Translations under genes and position numbers: made by a program
Assembly: GCA_051362555.1 (NCBI GenBank)
Contig: CM120641.1
Location: 20,770,001 to 20,834,000, forward strand
DNA: 64,000 nt
Origin: Lingula anatina
Lineage: Eukaryota; Animalia; Brachiopoda
Direction of reading: 5' to 3'
The notes under the pieces: model-generated
What the model saw: the letters and a program-made list of their open reading frames with translations, nothing else
Told to the model about the DNA's origin: nothing
Databases searched by the model: none
Shown here: piece after piece, positions 23,407 through 37,800 of the stretch
Layout: each line of letters begins with the position of its first letter
Position numbering within the stretch: position 1 is the first letter of the stretch

Positions 23407-25327
23407 GCGGTTTCACTGTCGTAAAATTATACTCAAACATTTCCGTTGTCTTAAAGGCATAGGGGGCATTTGATTGCGCTAGGGCCTCCTTGATACGTAT
23501 TTTGATCATGTTTCTGATACTATTCTTTTAATGTCCTGTGTCATTTATACCTTGTTCATTCATTCATTCCGACCACTTTGTCTTAAAGTGGTTTTCAGCT
23601 TTTTTTCTGTCTTGCCGACCTATATTAATTGCCATTTCTCAACATAATATGAAGCTTCCATATTTTAATGTTCTGTTTTTAAATAAGGAAGCTCAAATGT
23701 TCATAATTTGGGATATTTAATTCATTCAATGGATATAATTTACAAAGCTGGCTTTGTTTTGACAAAAAACTCACCCCCTATACACTTGACCGCATATGTT
23801 ACAGGCCTGAAATCCCATGTTAGAAAATGAAGTGTTTAGGCCTAATTATAATTTAACGTTGATCGTGTCATCTTGCATGAAATTTAAATTTCCATAAACA
23901 AGTAGAAGCCATTGTTACATTATACTCACGTGATAAAAACCTTCGCTTCACCTAAGTCAAAATGCATGGTACATGTAGTAGACTATAGTTAGGGAAACAA
24001 ATCGAGCGATTTTTGCGGGCCAACAACTTTCGGTATATGGTTCGCCTCTACATATATTTTATCCTCACCAAGAATGCGTACGTTAACTTTTCCCAGCTAA
24101 CGGGGAGCATTCACATTATAGTGCTCTCAGTGCAGTTTCAAATGTCTTCCATTTTAGCTTATGTCTTATAAAACCCCCTGTCATGAAGCGCTTTCCTATT
24201 TCGTGTCATTTCTCCAATCTGGCAACTGTCGATTCTTTGTACAGCTCATAATAATATCTTCAAAAGATCTTCACAATACTACTCATGGCTGTTTGGAATA
24301 ATATAATAATATATATATATAGTGGGCATTCCACAGTATAACCTCTTTCTCTGAGACGAAATATATATTAATTGTTTTTCTGTTTAAACTGACTTAAATT
24401 TAAAAGAGAGGTGTCAGAAAAGAGGGTAAAAGATGTTTTGAGGTGAGGGATGAATGGTCCATAAATTTTAGCCATATTCAAGTGCTGTCCATCGTTTTTA
24501 AACAGCACACGCTAAATAACACGTTTGCTCTGTTTCTGTTTACTTCATATTTATTTGACGGTTGGCATGTTTTCCTCCGGCTATTTTTTTTTTTCTTCCG
24601 CTGGCGATGTCTTCTCGTAACTTTTGTCCCTTTGGAAGTGGTTGTTGTATGAAACCGTAAATCATTCTCTTAAGGAGACACTCAATATTGAGCTATTTGG
24701 TTTTTCAATACGGTGTCTTAAAAACTTGCTGATAAACCTTTGACTTCAAACAGATCAACATTGTGTAAGGCCCCATTATTATTTAGTTGATTAAACTGTG
24801 GTATTGGCTGTTCATTGTAAAAAGTGTTAAAATTGTACAGTGTATATCCCAAACATTAGGATGTGTTGCACTGTCTAGACCTTGGGTGTTAAAGAACCAG
24901 AAATTATCTTTACATCTGATTTCAAAGTCTGATAGCACCAGCTTTTTAAAAATGCAAAAACATGTGTTCAGAGATAATTTTGTTGGAAATGATACTTTTT
25001 ACGTTCAACAGAATACTTTTCAAAGAAAATCAATCTGCATTTAACTTTCGTACGCTTCACAAGACTTGCTGTCAAAATTTTTAACTCCGATGAAAATGCA
25101 CTGTTAGTTTATCAGAATAAATGTAAGCGTGTATTAAAATACTCTGTGCCCAGCTCTAGAAATCTATCCCTTCGAATGAGTAAATGTTGTAATGAGATTC
25201 TCCCTTTTTTAATCAAATTTGATATGCCAATAAATTATTTTTAGAGCACGTACAGTTATAAAAACCCTATAGTGTAGGTAAATGGTTTATTCTCAAATTT
25301 TCTTAACTTCTTGCCTGTGTACTCTAT

Positions 25328-25539
25328 GACTGCATTCCCATAGATTTAGATCGATCCATCTAGATCGACCTAACTCCCTGGGGGTTCACGCTAAATTGCT
25401 GTCAGTCGAGCGCGCACGGTTAATTACCCCCTTACAGCTTTTAGTAGGCGGGACAGACATTTAAGCCGGCTAAGCTGACAGTAATCTAGTGAGACTCCCC
25501 ACAGGGATAGATCGGTCTTAAATCTGTGGGAATGGGGTC
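25328..25539. mobile_element. MITE, family B (~212 bp)
   Basis: TIRs GACTGCATTCCCATAGATTTA / TAAATCTGTGGGAATGGGGTC with TAT on both sides. Inverted relatives occur at 62564-62778 and ~63680-63915. Confidence 0.8.
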
Positions 25540-26817
25540 TATGATGGGCTTTTTTAACTGTTTTTTACTTTCGTTAACCTATTTATTTTGTTTTGTTTTA
25601 AAATACCGTTGCTTTAATAGAGACCGCGCATGGGATTTTGATTCCTAAATCTTCCCAATTTACGTCAAGATTGCCTGTGGTTATCCTCCACAGGGCATGC
25701 AACTCTCGAAAACATTATTAGGCTGCTCTTTTATTCTACCATTAAAAATTACTAAAGATGAAAATATGTAAAATCCTTTACTTGTAAACATAATGAATAA
25801 AAAATAAAGATGAATCCTTTTTGTTCTTATATTTTGTTGATTTTTGGATGCTTATAAGTGCGAGTTTACTGTTCACTCTGGGTCATTTATCTATAGTTTC
25901 TGTTTTGACAGAAAAACTCCTTAACATCGGCCTGTTTTGTTAACTGTTCACAAAATCGCCACAACAAATCGTGAAGACGGACACTTTATGGCGTGCTAAA
26001 ACACAATCAAAGAAAAAAGCAGGCTTATCTATCGCAATGTCTTTAGCTAAGGAACTAAAGTAGTCGTCGCGTGTGAGATTCAATATCTATATACCGATTC
26101 AATTTATATTTATGAAACTTGGAGAACGTTACTTAGTTAAAGCACGAGTTCATGTTTTCTTTGATAAAACAAACTGGTGCCCGTCATCTTAGATATTTGA
26201 TAATACCTCATCAGTAAACATTATTACCGCGTGAAACCTGATCTGAAGGACTTGAAGTCTGCGTTGATTCCCATGTGCTAAACAGTTAACAAACGAAGTC
26301 AGTTCAAATGATAGGTGAAAATAATGGTTCCAATGTGAAAACACAGATCGGATACATACTTGAGAAAAACCAATGGAGCGAATAAGGTTTTAATGAGTTA
26401 GAAGTCTCCTTGAAATTGATTAACCGCGCTCGAGTGCGCGCGTGTGTATATATATGTGTGTGCGTGGAATGTGAGCGCCTGCACATTCCATTTACATTGG
26501 GACCGGCGTGTCTCTTGACGTAAACAGACAGTATTGAAATTTTGTGAAATTGGTTTTTCATTGCCTCATCTACCATAATAAAAGAAGAAAAACCGTGTAA
26601 GTTGCTTTTTAGGAGACTTGGCGTTTTTTCCACCTAGGAGGTGTGAAAAGTACTTGTCAGCTCTTTAGTATTGCTTTACAATTTCTATCAAATTGAAATT
26701 TGTGGGTGTTGATCTGCTGAAAGACAGCCTTGTCTTGTATTATTAACTGGGTCATAAGTCGACTCTCTAGCAGACTTTCAATATTAAAAAATCTCATGGA
26801 GTAAAAGGAAGAAAATG

Positions 26818-26898
26818 TGGCAGCGGTGGGATTCGAACCCACGCCTCAGAGAGACTGGTGCCTAAAACCAGCGCCTTAGACCACTCGGCCACGCTACC
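26818..26898 (-). tRNA. tRNA-Leu (anticodon UAG)
   Basis: Reverse complement is GGTAGCGTGGCCGAGTGGTCTAAGGCGCTGGTTTTAGGCACCAGTCTCTCTGAGGCGTGGGTTCGAATCCCACCGCTGCCA. It has A/B boxes, a CTGGT/ACCAG anticodon stem, a long variable arm and a downstream TTTT Pol III terminator. Confidence 0.95.
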
Positions 26899-27250
26899 TG
26901 CTTGAATGGTGCAGTGTATAAGAAATTGTATATTACATAGGTATCATTTATATCATGTTTACTCGAGTCAAATTTGTTAGTTGATTGATTTTTTAATAAT
27001 TATGAATAATGTTATCATTTTCTCTTCAAAATAAATTCTTACATGAGTGGAATGGTCGAGCTACGATAGACTTACACCAAACATGTCATCAGTAGGCGCG
27101 TTAAAAATGATAAAAAATGACAAATATTATTCCAAGATTCATAATGTTGATCGGGCCATTATAAAATGTCAAAATAAAGAGCACAAATCCATGGTTTGTT
27201 TTACTTTTTATTTTCGGCTCGAAAACACTCAGGTCACCACCGGCTTACTC

Positions 27251-27293
27251 ATTGGCCAATCAGAGAGGTCACCTTGAAGCTGGCGTGACGTCA
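27251..27293 (+). promoter_or_regulatory. Probable eEF2K promoter: palindromic double CCAAT and full CRE
   Basis: ATTGGCCAAT at 27251-27260 and TGACGTCA at 27286-27293, ~1 kb upstream of the first coding exon (acceptor at ~28239). Confidence 0.5.
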
Positions 27294-28316
27294 TCATTGA
27301 AATGGTTAAATGCATACTATGTTGTTGACGAAACACTGTGGCCTGTGTACTGTTTATCAAGCAATAGAGGGACTTTTCTCTCTTCAAGCTTATTTACCAG
27401 TCTGTTAGGAAAAGGGGGTAAGAAATTGAGAGTAGTTTTGAAGAGCTAAGGTGTGAAACACGAGTGAATTTATGCGTCAAGGCGGTTGTCTTTACTAAAA
27501 TAAAACTGGGTCACCACGTCTCTGGATTTACTGTGTTGTTTTGGTGTGATCATCAATACATGTGTGTGTGTTATGCAATTTATCCAGGTCTTGAACCTTA
27601 CGATTAAAGTTTCTTATTATTGTCAACGTTAGTTGCCATTAATTAGGACAATTTAGCTTGAGAGTTTATAATTTCAAGATTGCTTTTTAATGCAATTTTG
27701 TTGGTACGTTTGGAGAACTTTCTAGTTAGGTCACATGGTATTTAAAACTTTTTTTAGTAGAGGCCAGACAGAGAGGATGAGTATGTAGTAAAGAAAGCAT
27801 TGTATTGGTATTTTGAGCTTGTTTATTCATTTGTTTACTTGTTTATTCATTATCATTGACTGCAGAGTTGAATTTGCAACCTTGCAGTGAGATGTTTGGT
27901 TTAATGCTTAGATGTATTTAGGTAATTTTGAAAAAAAATTGTTAATTAAAAAGGTCACTGATTTAAAGATGCTATAATGCTTATACATCTATATATGTGC
28001 TCAGTGTCACTCCCTTTTTTGTCACTAATGTAAGAGGCTTATTTAAGGTGTATAAGATAGTAAAATTAGCTTATATGGGGATTTTTATGTCATCGCTTAC
28101 TCTAGCCAAGACAAGAAACTGATAAGATATCAGTCTGCATGAGGAAGCCACTTCATATACAGTTGCATATATGTACTTAGGATTTGTCCTATGAATCAAA
28201 TCAGTAGAAAGATCTTAAACAAATACTTTTGCATTTCAGATTTGTCCTCCAAAGGCTTGATGAATTATTACACAAACCATCATTCTTATTAGAGACTTGA
28301 GTGAGTGCAGAAAAGA

Positions 28317-31300
28317 ATGGCTTCTACTGAAAGACCCAGAGATGATTCTGTTTCTGATTCCGATGAGGAGATGACAATCTTCCCCCTTACTTTCTGCAGT
28401 GATGATGATGATGATGATGAAGATGCTGATGAAAGCAACTCAGATGAAGCTAATGCTAATATAACTGACAGATCATCCCACTGTCACAACCATGAGGACG
28501 ATGGCCACCCAGTCCATCATGAGATGGAAGTGGGCAGTCCACCCGCAAAACCCCTCATGACTCTCAGGCAGAGGCGTCGCTCAAGACTGACCCCCTTGAA
28601 TCTGAACCTGTCCCCAATTCCCACCATTGACTCACCCAATATAAAGCATTGGAAGCATGCTATCTTGAAGGCAAAGAAGTTGAAGGATCCTTGGGAAGAG
28701 TTTAATATCTTGGACTTGCCAGTTGAAGAGGTGACTAGGCATAGGTACAGTGCACTCAGGAAGCAATGGATAACAGACACTGTCAAAGTCAGAATGGAAA
28801 AGAAGGTAAATTTTGCTGACTGGAAGAGATGAGAGGAGTCTGGAAAGGGTTGGGCTATGTCAGGCCTCATAGATGCATATATTTTGCATTTGCAATCACA
28901 AGCCTCAGATTTTTGAGCATGAATACCCAAATAAAAGAATTGAGCCACGATTTTATGGCACAAACTTAAAATCAGCCCAGATAAGGCTGTTATATTTTGA
29001 TGACTGTATCTGCCCTGTGTGAATTTTTTTACTCAGGGCATGTAGCCAGCATGCACTGTCTGTTAAATATGTTCATATGATAAATGCTATGATAGGTACA
29101 TATTTCTGTCCATGTCCATGTGAATATTCAGGAGACTTCAATCATCCAGTGTCCTTTTTATCTCTGTCCTAGATCTGTGTCCCTAATGTTGCCTTACAGA
29201 GATAATATAAAGTTACCTTTCTGCAACATTGACCTTTTGTGTTGATCATTGTAGATTCATGCCACTACCTCTTTGACTCTGTATATTGTTGCATAGGATC
29301 TTTATGTACCTGTCCTTTGAATGTGCATTCCCTGGTACTTGGGGCCTGTTTATAATACCTTGAATTCATAGTTTTCAAAGGCTGTTTTTGTTTTTAATTT
29401 TTGGTTTGTCATTTAACAGCCCATCTCTAAAAGTTACAGGGGCATTTTGATATAATTTTCAGAAAAGGTCAGAAATGGGCTATTTAGAATCGATAAGATT
29501 TGGTAGTGATATATTTATTAATTAATCATTTACTCATAATGAGAAATGAAATTGAGCTGTCCTGGCATAGGTTGGCACACTGAATGCTGTTTTTGTTTTG
29601 AAATGTCTCAGCCAGCTTGGTTGTAGATTAAGAGAATTATGTTCTTAACGTGACAGTCAGCAAGGTGATATTTGCCACTTATCTAAGGTGTGGATTATTA
29701 AACTAATTTTATGATACAGTCAGCAGTGTGACAGCTGAATGAAAGGAGTGGGAAGTGTTTTATTGTTTAGCAAGTAAACACTATAATTTCATGTCCTAAA
29801 ATGACCCTTTAGCTAGTGAATATAGCCCCTTTGTGGTAGATAAACATATGCAACTGGCTTGTTTATGAGCTGAATGTGGTAAAAAGATTCAAGGATCATA
29901 TCAGGGTACTTGGAAGCCCAAGCACTTATTTGTTGTTTGAGAAAAAAAAAAAGCTCAGGGTCTAAGAGATAAATTGGATATAAGATAATTGTGAAGATAA
30001 GATATCATATGTCTAAAGGAAAGCTGCTATTTCAAATGCAATATTTTGAGGCTTAAAAAAGTTTTTTTGAATAGAAAGGTTAGATTTTTTTTTTTTTTTT
30101 TTTTTTTTTTGAGAATTTGAAAACAAATGATATATTATGGTATATTGAGTAGATATGAGGGTAAGAGGAGTGCTTAGTGTGTGTCTTTGTATATATGTAG
30201 GAAGACAGCATATTGTGTGGTTGCTTGAGATTTTAGTATTGGTCGTAGTGGGAGGAAGAAGTAAAGCAGCGAACCACTCCCCCTGTGTGTTGTTATGAAG
30301 TGATGGGGACGAAGGAAGGGGGTGTTAGAAGGTTGTGGATGAAGCGTCCAGTCTTATCAATAGAATTAATCTGTGGACATAACAGATTTTAAAAATGCAT
30401 CATCTGCCTCATTGTACTTCTGCTCTATGTCATAACTAATTAAATGATGATTTTATTGTGTCATGATAATAATTAAAAGATATGCCAGATGGAAACTGAA
30501 TACGCAATACTAAAATAAACAGAAAAATAAAATAGATTAATGTAACAAAAATAAATATTTGGAGATATTTCAAATGGGTTTTTTCTTCTTTTCAGCCTTT
30601 CAATCGTGGAGCAATGAGACAGTGCTATCGACTGTAAGTACCAACTTCTGTATTTCTTGTTTAGATGAGTTACTAGTAATAGTGCACCTTATTCACTGTT
30701 TTAGCTTGCCTATCCTGTGTCATGAGTAAGGCTCTGTCTCTGTGTGGTATCCAACAGGATCTGCCATATGGCATGCTAGGAACCGCACTTGTTAAAACCC
30801 AAAGTTTTGAACCAAAGTCACATGCCATGTTGTTGCTCAGCATTGAATAAATAAATGAGTTTATTAATACTAAGGGAACTATTTTATACAACAGGGATCC
30901 ATGTGTGATCTGGTGGATCATTGGTAATTTAAGTTTTTACAGGGGTATTTTTTGAAGGTGTCAACTTACGTGTCTTTGGTTTGACTGTTTGTAGATGGGT
31001 TGAGATTGATGCATCATGTTTATGGTTATAGATAAGTATATTTTTTAGTTTTATAATGATGATGAAGAAATGAACTTAATATTCTCGCCAGAAATACAAA
31101 AAAGTAATACTTGTGAAATGCAGGTGTTCTGACATATCCTTTTACAGTGCATTCCACACAGTTGCATGCTGGGGCATGTTAGTATTGCTCCAAACTACAT
31201 GGTATCATGGCAGTAAACATATGGCATCTCACAAACATTCTGATATATATTATCACCTTCGCAGGCCCATGTTACTGATTTTAAAAAATGTCTACCTATT

Positions 31301-31774
31301 TTATTAAGCAGTTAATAGTGCAAATGAGACCACTGTGGATAGAAAAAAATTGGAGTGTCTTAAATGATAATTAAAAGAAAAAAGTATTGCCATGTAGCAA
31401 ACACAGATCTAGGATGGGTGTGTGTTAGGGGTTGGGGCACAGGGAATTTATTTCCGCTAATTTTCTTCTCTCCTCACCCCTAGCAATAAAGTTTTCAATC
31501 TGACTGTGTGCACAAATTTTGGTACACCATGTGCTATTTTCCATTCAGTAGTCAAGCTGGTCTGAGATCAACCTTGAATTGAGCCCATGGCCTGATATCA
31601 TGTCATTAGTTACCATTGCAGTGCACTAAGCTTGACACAGTTAAATGATATGTCAGTTTTTATGTACAGGTGCCAAAGTCCTTTTTAAAAAATAAAAATA
31701 CCTTTACTCCATAGAGCTATATATGCAACAGTTTCACATTTTTTGCATTTTGCTTACACACACACACATACACA

Positions 31775-31821
<47 letters not shown>

Positions 31822-34800
31822 AGTGGCATTTTTTCCATCTGTAGTCTAAATTACTGTCTTGCTTTTTGTTTGTCATTTGCAGTGATGTCCATAAAACCCT
31901 TATGTAACTTGCGTTTTGCATAATGGAATTGCTGTTTCAGAGTGAGTGCGAAAAAAAGTGAAATAAATGGTGTGTGTTGTGAACATGGTAAATGGCAAGG
32001 ACAGTGGACAAAGACCTGTGGAAACTAGTTGAAAAGCTACAGGAAACTCCATCCCTCATTCTGTCTCTTCCACCAATACATGATTGCCTGTTATATCTCC
32101 CTTGTCTGAAACACTTCCTTGTCAGTGCTGCAACATTACCACAATATTATGTACATTGTCAATCTATCTATTGAAAACTTGGATTAGTGGCATTTTCTTA
32201 ATGGGTAAAAGTAAGATAAAGATTTAACATCATCAGTATTTGCCCTATGCCTGTCTACTTCCCAGTTAGAATGATAATAGATCTCTGACAGTATTTGGTG
32301 TTGTGTTAGATTCTGACAATGTCTATGTTTGCTGGTTAAGTTTTATCTGATAATGTAACTGAACCATCACTGCACAAAGACCAAAAAAACAAACAAACAA
32401 AAAATTGTTCCCTCCTTTCTTTAATTTTTCTGAGCCAGCCATGTTTGTTCATAATCCATCTTCTTTCTTGTCTTTGCTTCCAAGTTAGTTTTTGTCTTGG
32501 TTGCACATTAGATATTTTCATCTTCGAGCTTCAAAGGTGATGTGGTGATGTATTGGTTATGTAGCAAGCATCCAGTGTTAATGGAGTTGGAATTTTTTGT
32601 AAAGGTGTGACTCAGACATATTTGTGCCATTACATGATATTTCCAACTTGATACAAAGATGTTTCAATGCCCAGTATGGGTGAAACCCAGGTCTACTCTT
32701 TGTATTCTAGTATTGTAGAGAGATCTAGAGAGGTTGCTGTTCCTCCCCCCCCCCCCCCCCCCCCTTTTTTTTTTCAAACATACATGCGCAACCTTCGTTG
32801 GAAAATCTAGTTCTTACTTTTTGCTAGCCTGGTTTCAATACACTTAAATAAAATAAAAAAAACTCAGCAAGTCATATATAAAAAATCAACACAGTACTTA
32901 TATGGTGCAGAAGACCGAAACAGTGTGGAAATTTCCACAGAGCCTAGTAAATAGGATGAGATGCATTATATAGGTCAAAAGTACAAATCTAGATGTAAAC
33001 AAACGCCTACTTCTACACATATAGACATGACAGCTGTACGTTACATTATATGTAGATATATTTGGAGAATCAGGGACATGTGTTATTGTTTATGTGTAGA
33101 GGTGTACTTAAATAATCATCAAAATGTGCTTTGTGTCATGTAGGCATCTGTACAGGTACACGAGCCTGCAAAGGGAAAGTATTGTGTGTATATGTGTATC
33201 ATATGTCGTAGTGTTCCAACAAACAGACCCAGACTGATATTATTCCATTGGCTTTTTTTTTCAACCAACAACTGATTTTAACCAAATCTGTAATAAATTG
33301 GTGCAAATTTCTATGATGTATCTCATATCCATTAGCCAAATCAAATAAGGTTAAGGATTTTGGAATCATATTTTTAGAGAAAAACTGTTCAGTAATGTTT
33401 TTATGAAAAAAGGATGTAGTCTTCAGTTAGAATTTTTAAAGTTTGCACAAAATTTTGCCTTTGTGAATCTAATGTAATTTCAGAATCTTCAGGTGATTGA
33501 AGAAAAAAATGTAAATACTAAACTGTTCCATTGGCGTAAAAATACTGATAATGTTCAAACTGATATATATGCCTTAAAGTACAGTGGGCAGTTGATCAGT
33601 TAGGTATTAATGTTATAGTTCAGTTAGAATACACACTTAAAGGTCATTTAAAGGTACACAGTGCTGAAAAGTTTAGTCCGCCAGAAATTATTTGTTTAGG
33701 TCAGTCAGGAATTATGCTTAGGCTTAAGCATTGGGCATTCTGGTAAACAACATGTGATGGCCTGTAGATCGGTGCCTGGGATTATCGATCCACTGACTCT
33801 AAAAGGGTTCTCCAGCTGTCATACATCAGTGATTTGAAATAAGAGTGACAATATATCCATTATGTAATTCTGCAAGGAGAATAATAACCGTAGGTTCTTG
33901 ATTGCAGACAAACACCTACTGTTACCATATTTCCTTCAAGAATTTAGAACCTATGATTGGCTGTTGTGCCACAGTCATGGATCCTCTCCACTGTGTATGA
34001 TACCTTCACACAAGCAATGCTAGCACTACTGATGTAAATGTTTGCTCATAAAAAAATAAGCTGGTAAATGCATCTGCACAATCACTGCATAGACAAAAAT
34101 TGATTGTGTTCCCCCCTTTAATTTTTTTTAAATAAAAAATGGCAAATGTATATTCATGTACATCATTAAATTTTTATGAGTATGATAACTTTAATTATAA
34201 TTTAATTTATGTAACTTGTCTCTCTAAGAGAATTGTTGGATGGAAGGGATTTTATGACTGTTATAGCTATAATGGATGGTGGTAGTAGAATTAAATGTGA
34301 TATTAACAAGAAAGTTTTTCTATAATTCCAGCAAGAAAATGTCCACCCTGTCTCTCTCTGGAGACTGGAGGCATGCTTCAAATTATGTCGCCAAGAGGTA
34401 CATGGAGGATGTTGACAGAGAGGTGTACTTTGAGGATGTTCGTCTACAGATGGATGCAAAACTCTGGGGAGAGGAGTATGATAGACACAATCCACCTAAG
34501 AAGGTAAAAAAAATACAGATGGCAGCACTGTTGATCATCGTACCCTGTTAAGGGTCTTGTGTTTTTTACATAGAATTAATTTGTATTTGTATGAGAAATG
34601 AAGGTAAGTGTTCCATTCAGAAACTCCTTAGAAAGTCTTGTATCATTTTTATTTATTTATTTTCTGTACATTGATGTAGTATATTCAGCTAAATCAGTGC
34701 AGAAGTGGCAGGATGCTTAATGAAACTCCTACACTCTAGCAAAGTGACAGCATTGTGGTACTGTATAAAATGAATTATGTAATGTATATAGATCATGCAG

Positions 34801-37800
34801 GTTATATCAAGAATATAAATTGGTCGACTTTCAGACCAATTTTACTTGCCTGTAGCAGGGTTTACTTTGACTACAAAAATTTTTATGCTGTCCTAATTTC
34901 TTAACTTTTAATTAATTTGTTGCAAGTTAAAATGTTTTATAAAAATTTTTTATAGACCAACTAGGACTAGATTTAAGTGTGAATTTTCTAGTCATCTATA
35001 ATGTTTTGCCATTTCTATAATGTTTTACATTCATTAATCAATACAAATGTCAGAAAAAAATTGTCTGGAAGTCCCAAGTTTTTGTAGTCTTTTGCAGATT
35101 ATGTCACATTAAGGCAAAATGTGAACAGCCATTCAGCCTGAAAAAATCATGGGCCTGAAATGGAACTTATTTATGACATTTATGTTATATTTATGTTATA
35201 TTTATGACTTATTTATGTTTTACCATCTCTGTCTACATGTTATTTTGTCTAAGAGGTTCAAGAAGGCTGCATGACAATGCACTGTTATTGATACGCTTCC
35301 TGTTATGAAACCCTTAATGGCATTAGTGAAGAGTCCATAGTTTGAACTACATGCGAATCAGACTGCTGAATAAGACATTTGTATTGATCCATGCAGGATG
35401 TTGAAAATAGACGGCATATATCAAATTGAATGCCATATGTATCACCTGAGAAATTACAAGAGAAATGTCCACCTGTGTATACTTCTACTTGTTTGAAAGC
35501 ATTTTGTTTTCATAAGCTTCATTTTTCGAGCATGTTTTGTGTGCTCGTTTGAATTTTTGTTGTATTTTACATAGTGAGGAATTGATACAAGAACATTTAT
35601 TTTTCATTGCAGTGATTGCTTAACTTGCTAAGGATTACTGATTATTCTGAATTTAAACCTTTCTCCCGCAAATGCTAATATAACATGAAATAAAGGCAGT
35701 GTTCAATTATTTTTACTCTCTTCCATCCAGGTTGACATATTCCAAATGTACGTTCTGGAGTTCAAGAACCGTGAAGGCTGCCCTCTTTACCATCTGGAGC
35801 ACTTCATAGAGGGAAAGTACATCAAATACAACTCCAACTCGGGCTTCGTAGAGGAGACATCACGCCTCACACCACAGGTGAGTGTGCTAGTGATTTTACA
35901 GGTAAAAAGTACCATTGATTGATTTTTGAGACATATCACAGCTTTGCTATTGTGCTTAGCTGTATGTTGTACAAAGCCATGGTTAGTTACTCAGTAGCTA
36001 TACCAGGCAGCTTCCACCACCATAAAGTTAACATTATGTACTGGTATATGACCTGAAAGCACATTATGACTTGTTTACCTTCGCCTGTTAGGCTCTTAGA
36101 TCATCTGCACAGGTATTTTAGAACAGGTGGGAAATATTGGGAGTCTAGACCATCTGGCGCTGATCCTTCAGCATTGGCAACAACAGTATGAGGAACGGGA
36201 TGGTACTAATGATAATGTGTCCACAGTGGTCTGAGGTTTATGACCTTCACTGAAGGTCATGACCTTCTCTCAAGGTCATGTAGGAGTAATGAACTGAAAA
36301 GACTTGTTTACTGTTTTGCTATGTGAAAGAAGTATATTTGTTATTTGATAATCCACATTGTTTCAGTGTTTAGATGTATTTAATGAATTGCTTTTTGAAG
36401 CAATTTCTCATTTGACCTGTTTGCAAGACTTGTATGTAGATGCTTTTGATGTTGAGAAGTACTCGCAAAATTGCTTGCAACTTGCAACACAGGTAGAAAC
36501 AATATTGTTATTTTTACTGCGGGGTATTTTGAATTGCCTGATTAAAATAATTTTATCAGCAGGATTTAAAGGGATAATAACTCTTCGTATGAAATCTATA
36601 TTTCACAATAAAAACATTGTGAATAACTCAAAGAAATATAATATATTCTGTTTTACAACGAAAACAGCAGTTAAAGCTATTATTCTGATATCTGAGCTTG
36701 TCTTCAGATCACATTACCTCCATTGATGGCTATACTCTGTTATAATCTCTTAAGAGATTTTAACAAAAAACCAAACTTTTTAGAAAAAAACCAGGGACTA
36801 ACTTTGAATGTAAAAATGGATTCATTAACCATTGGTCAGTATGGGAAAATTGTTGTTTACTCCAGGAAAATTCATTTTTTGGCCAAAACGAAGAGTTATT
36901 ATCCCTTTAAGTTTCTTAATTCTGCTTTATAGACTTACCTCTTTATATGCACATATAGTACACTTAGACATGCATTTATCCTTCAAAAATGATAGATGTT
37001 TTTACTCATGACACCAGATATGGTGCAGCCATATTTTTGATATATTACTTGTACCTTCTTCAGGCCTTTAGCCACTTCACATTTGAGCGTTCTGGTCATC
37101 AGCTGATTGTAGTGGACATCCAGGGAGTGGGTGACCTGTACACTGACCCTCAGATACACACTGCTGGAGGTGAGTGGACCCAACCAGCTGTCAAGGCAAA
37201 CAAGGCATATGCTGTATTTTAACAGTAGATGTAATGTAATTTAACTGCAATGCATGGTGATCATGGAGCTTGATTAGTATTGTCAGCTGTTTAGGGACTT
37301 TTTAACAGTCCCGTGACTCCTGTAAAAATGTAACTTGGTGGTTATTTAAGACTCAGTGATTCCATGTTTCAGAGTAAAATTATAAAAGACGATGTTGAAT
37401 AACAGCAGATGCCTTTGATTTGCCTAGTTGGGCATGATGTTTTAAAATGTATCACAGCTTTTTGTATGTTGACTTTGTCTGTAGAATGGCTCTGTTTTAT
37501 CTGTACAGGTAAGTAAAATAAACAGGGGAAATCTGAAATCTTAAAGTTTGCTAACATAAAGTTTGAAAGTTTGAGTATCCTGTCTCCCCGGATCAAAGGA
37601 AAAGAGCAAAGTCATTGTGCATGATGCAATTTTTAATTTATTAAGTTGCCATTGTAAAGAAATTAATATGGTTTGAATATGTTTTTTTATTTATTGATGT
37701 ATTTATTTTTTATGATCTTTAATATTTATTTTTATTTTTTTCATCAGACTTTAATTTTCATTAGTAAACTCATAATTTTCATTTCTTGGTGTTTTTTCTT

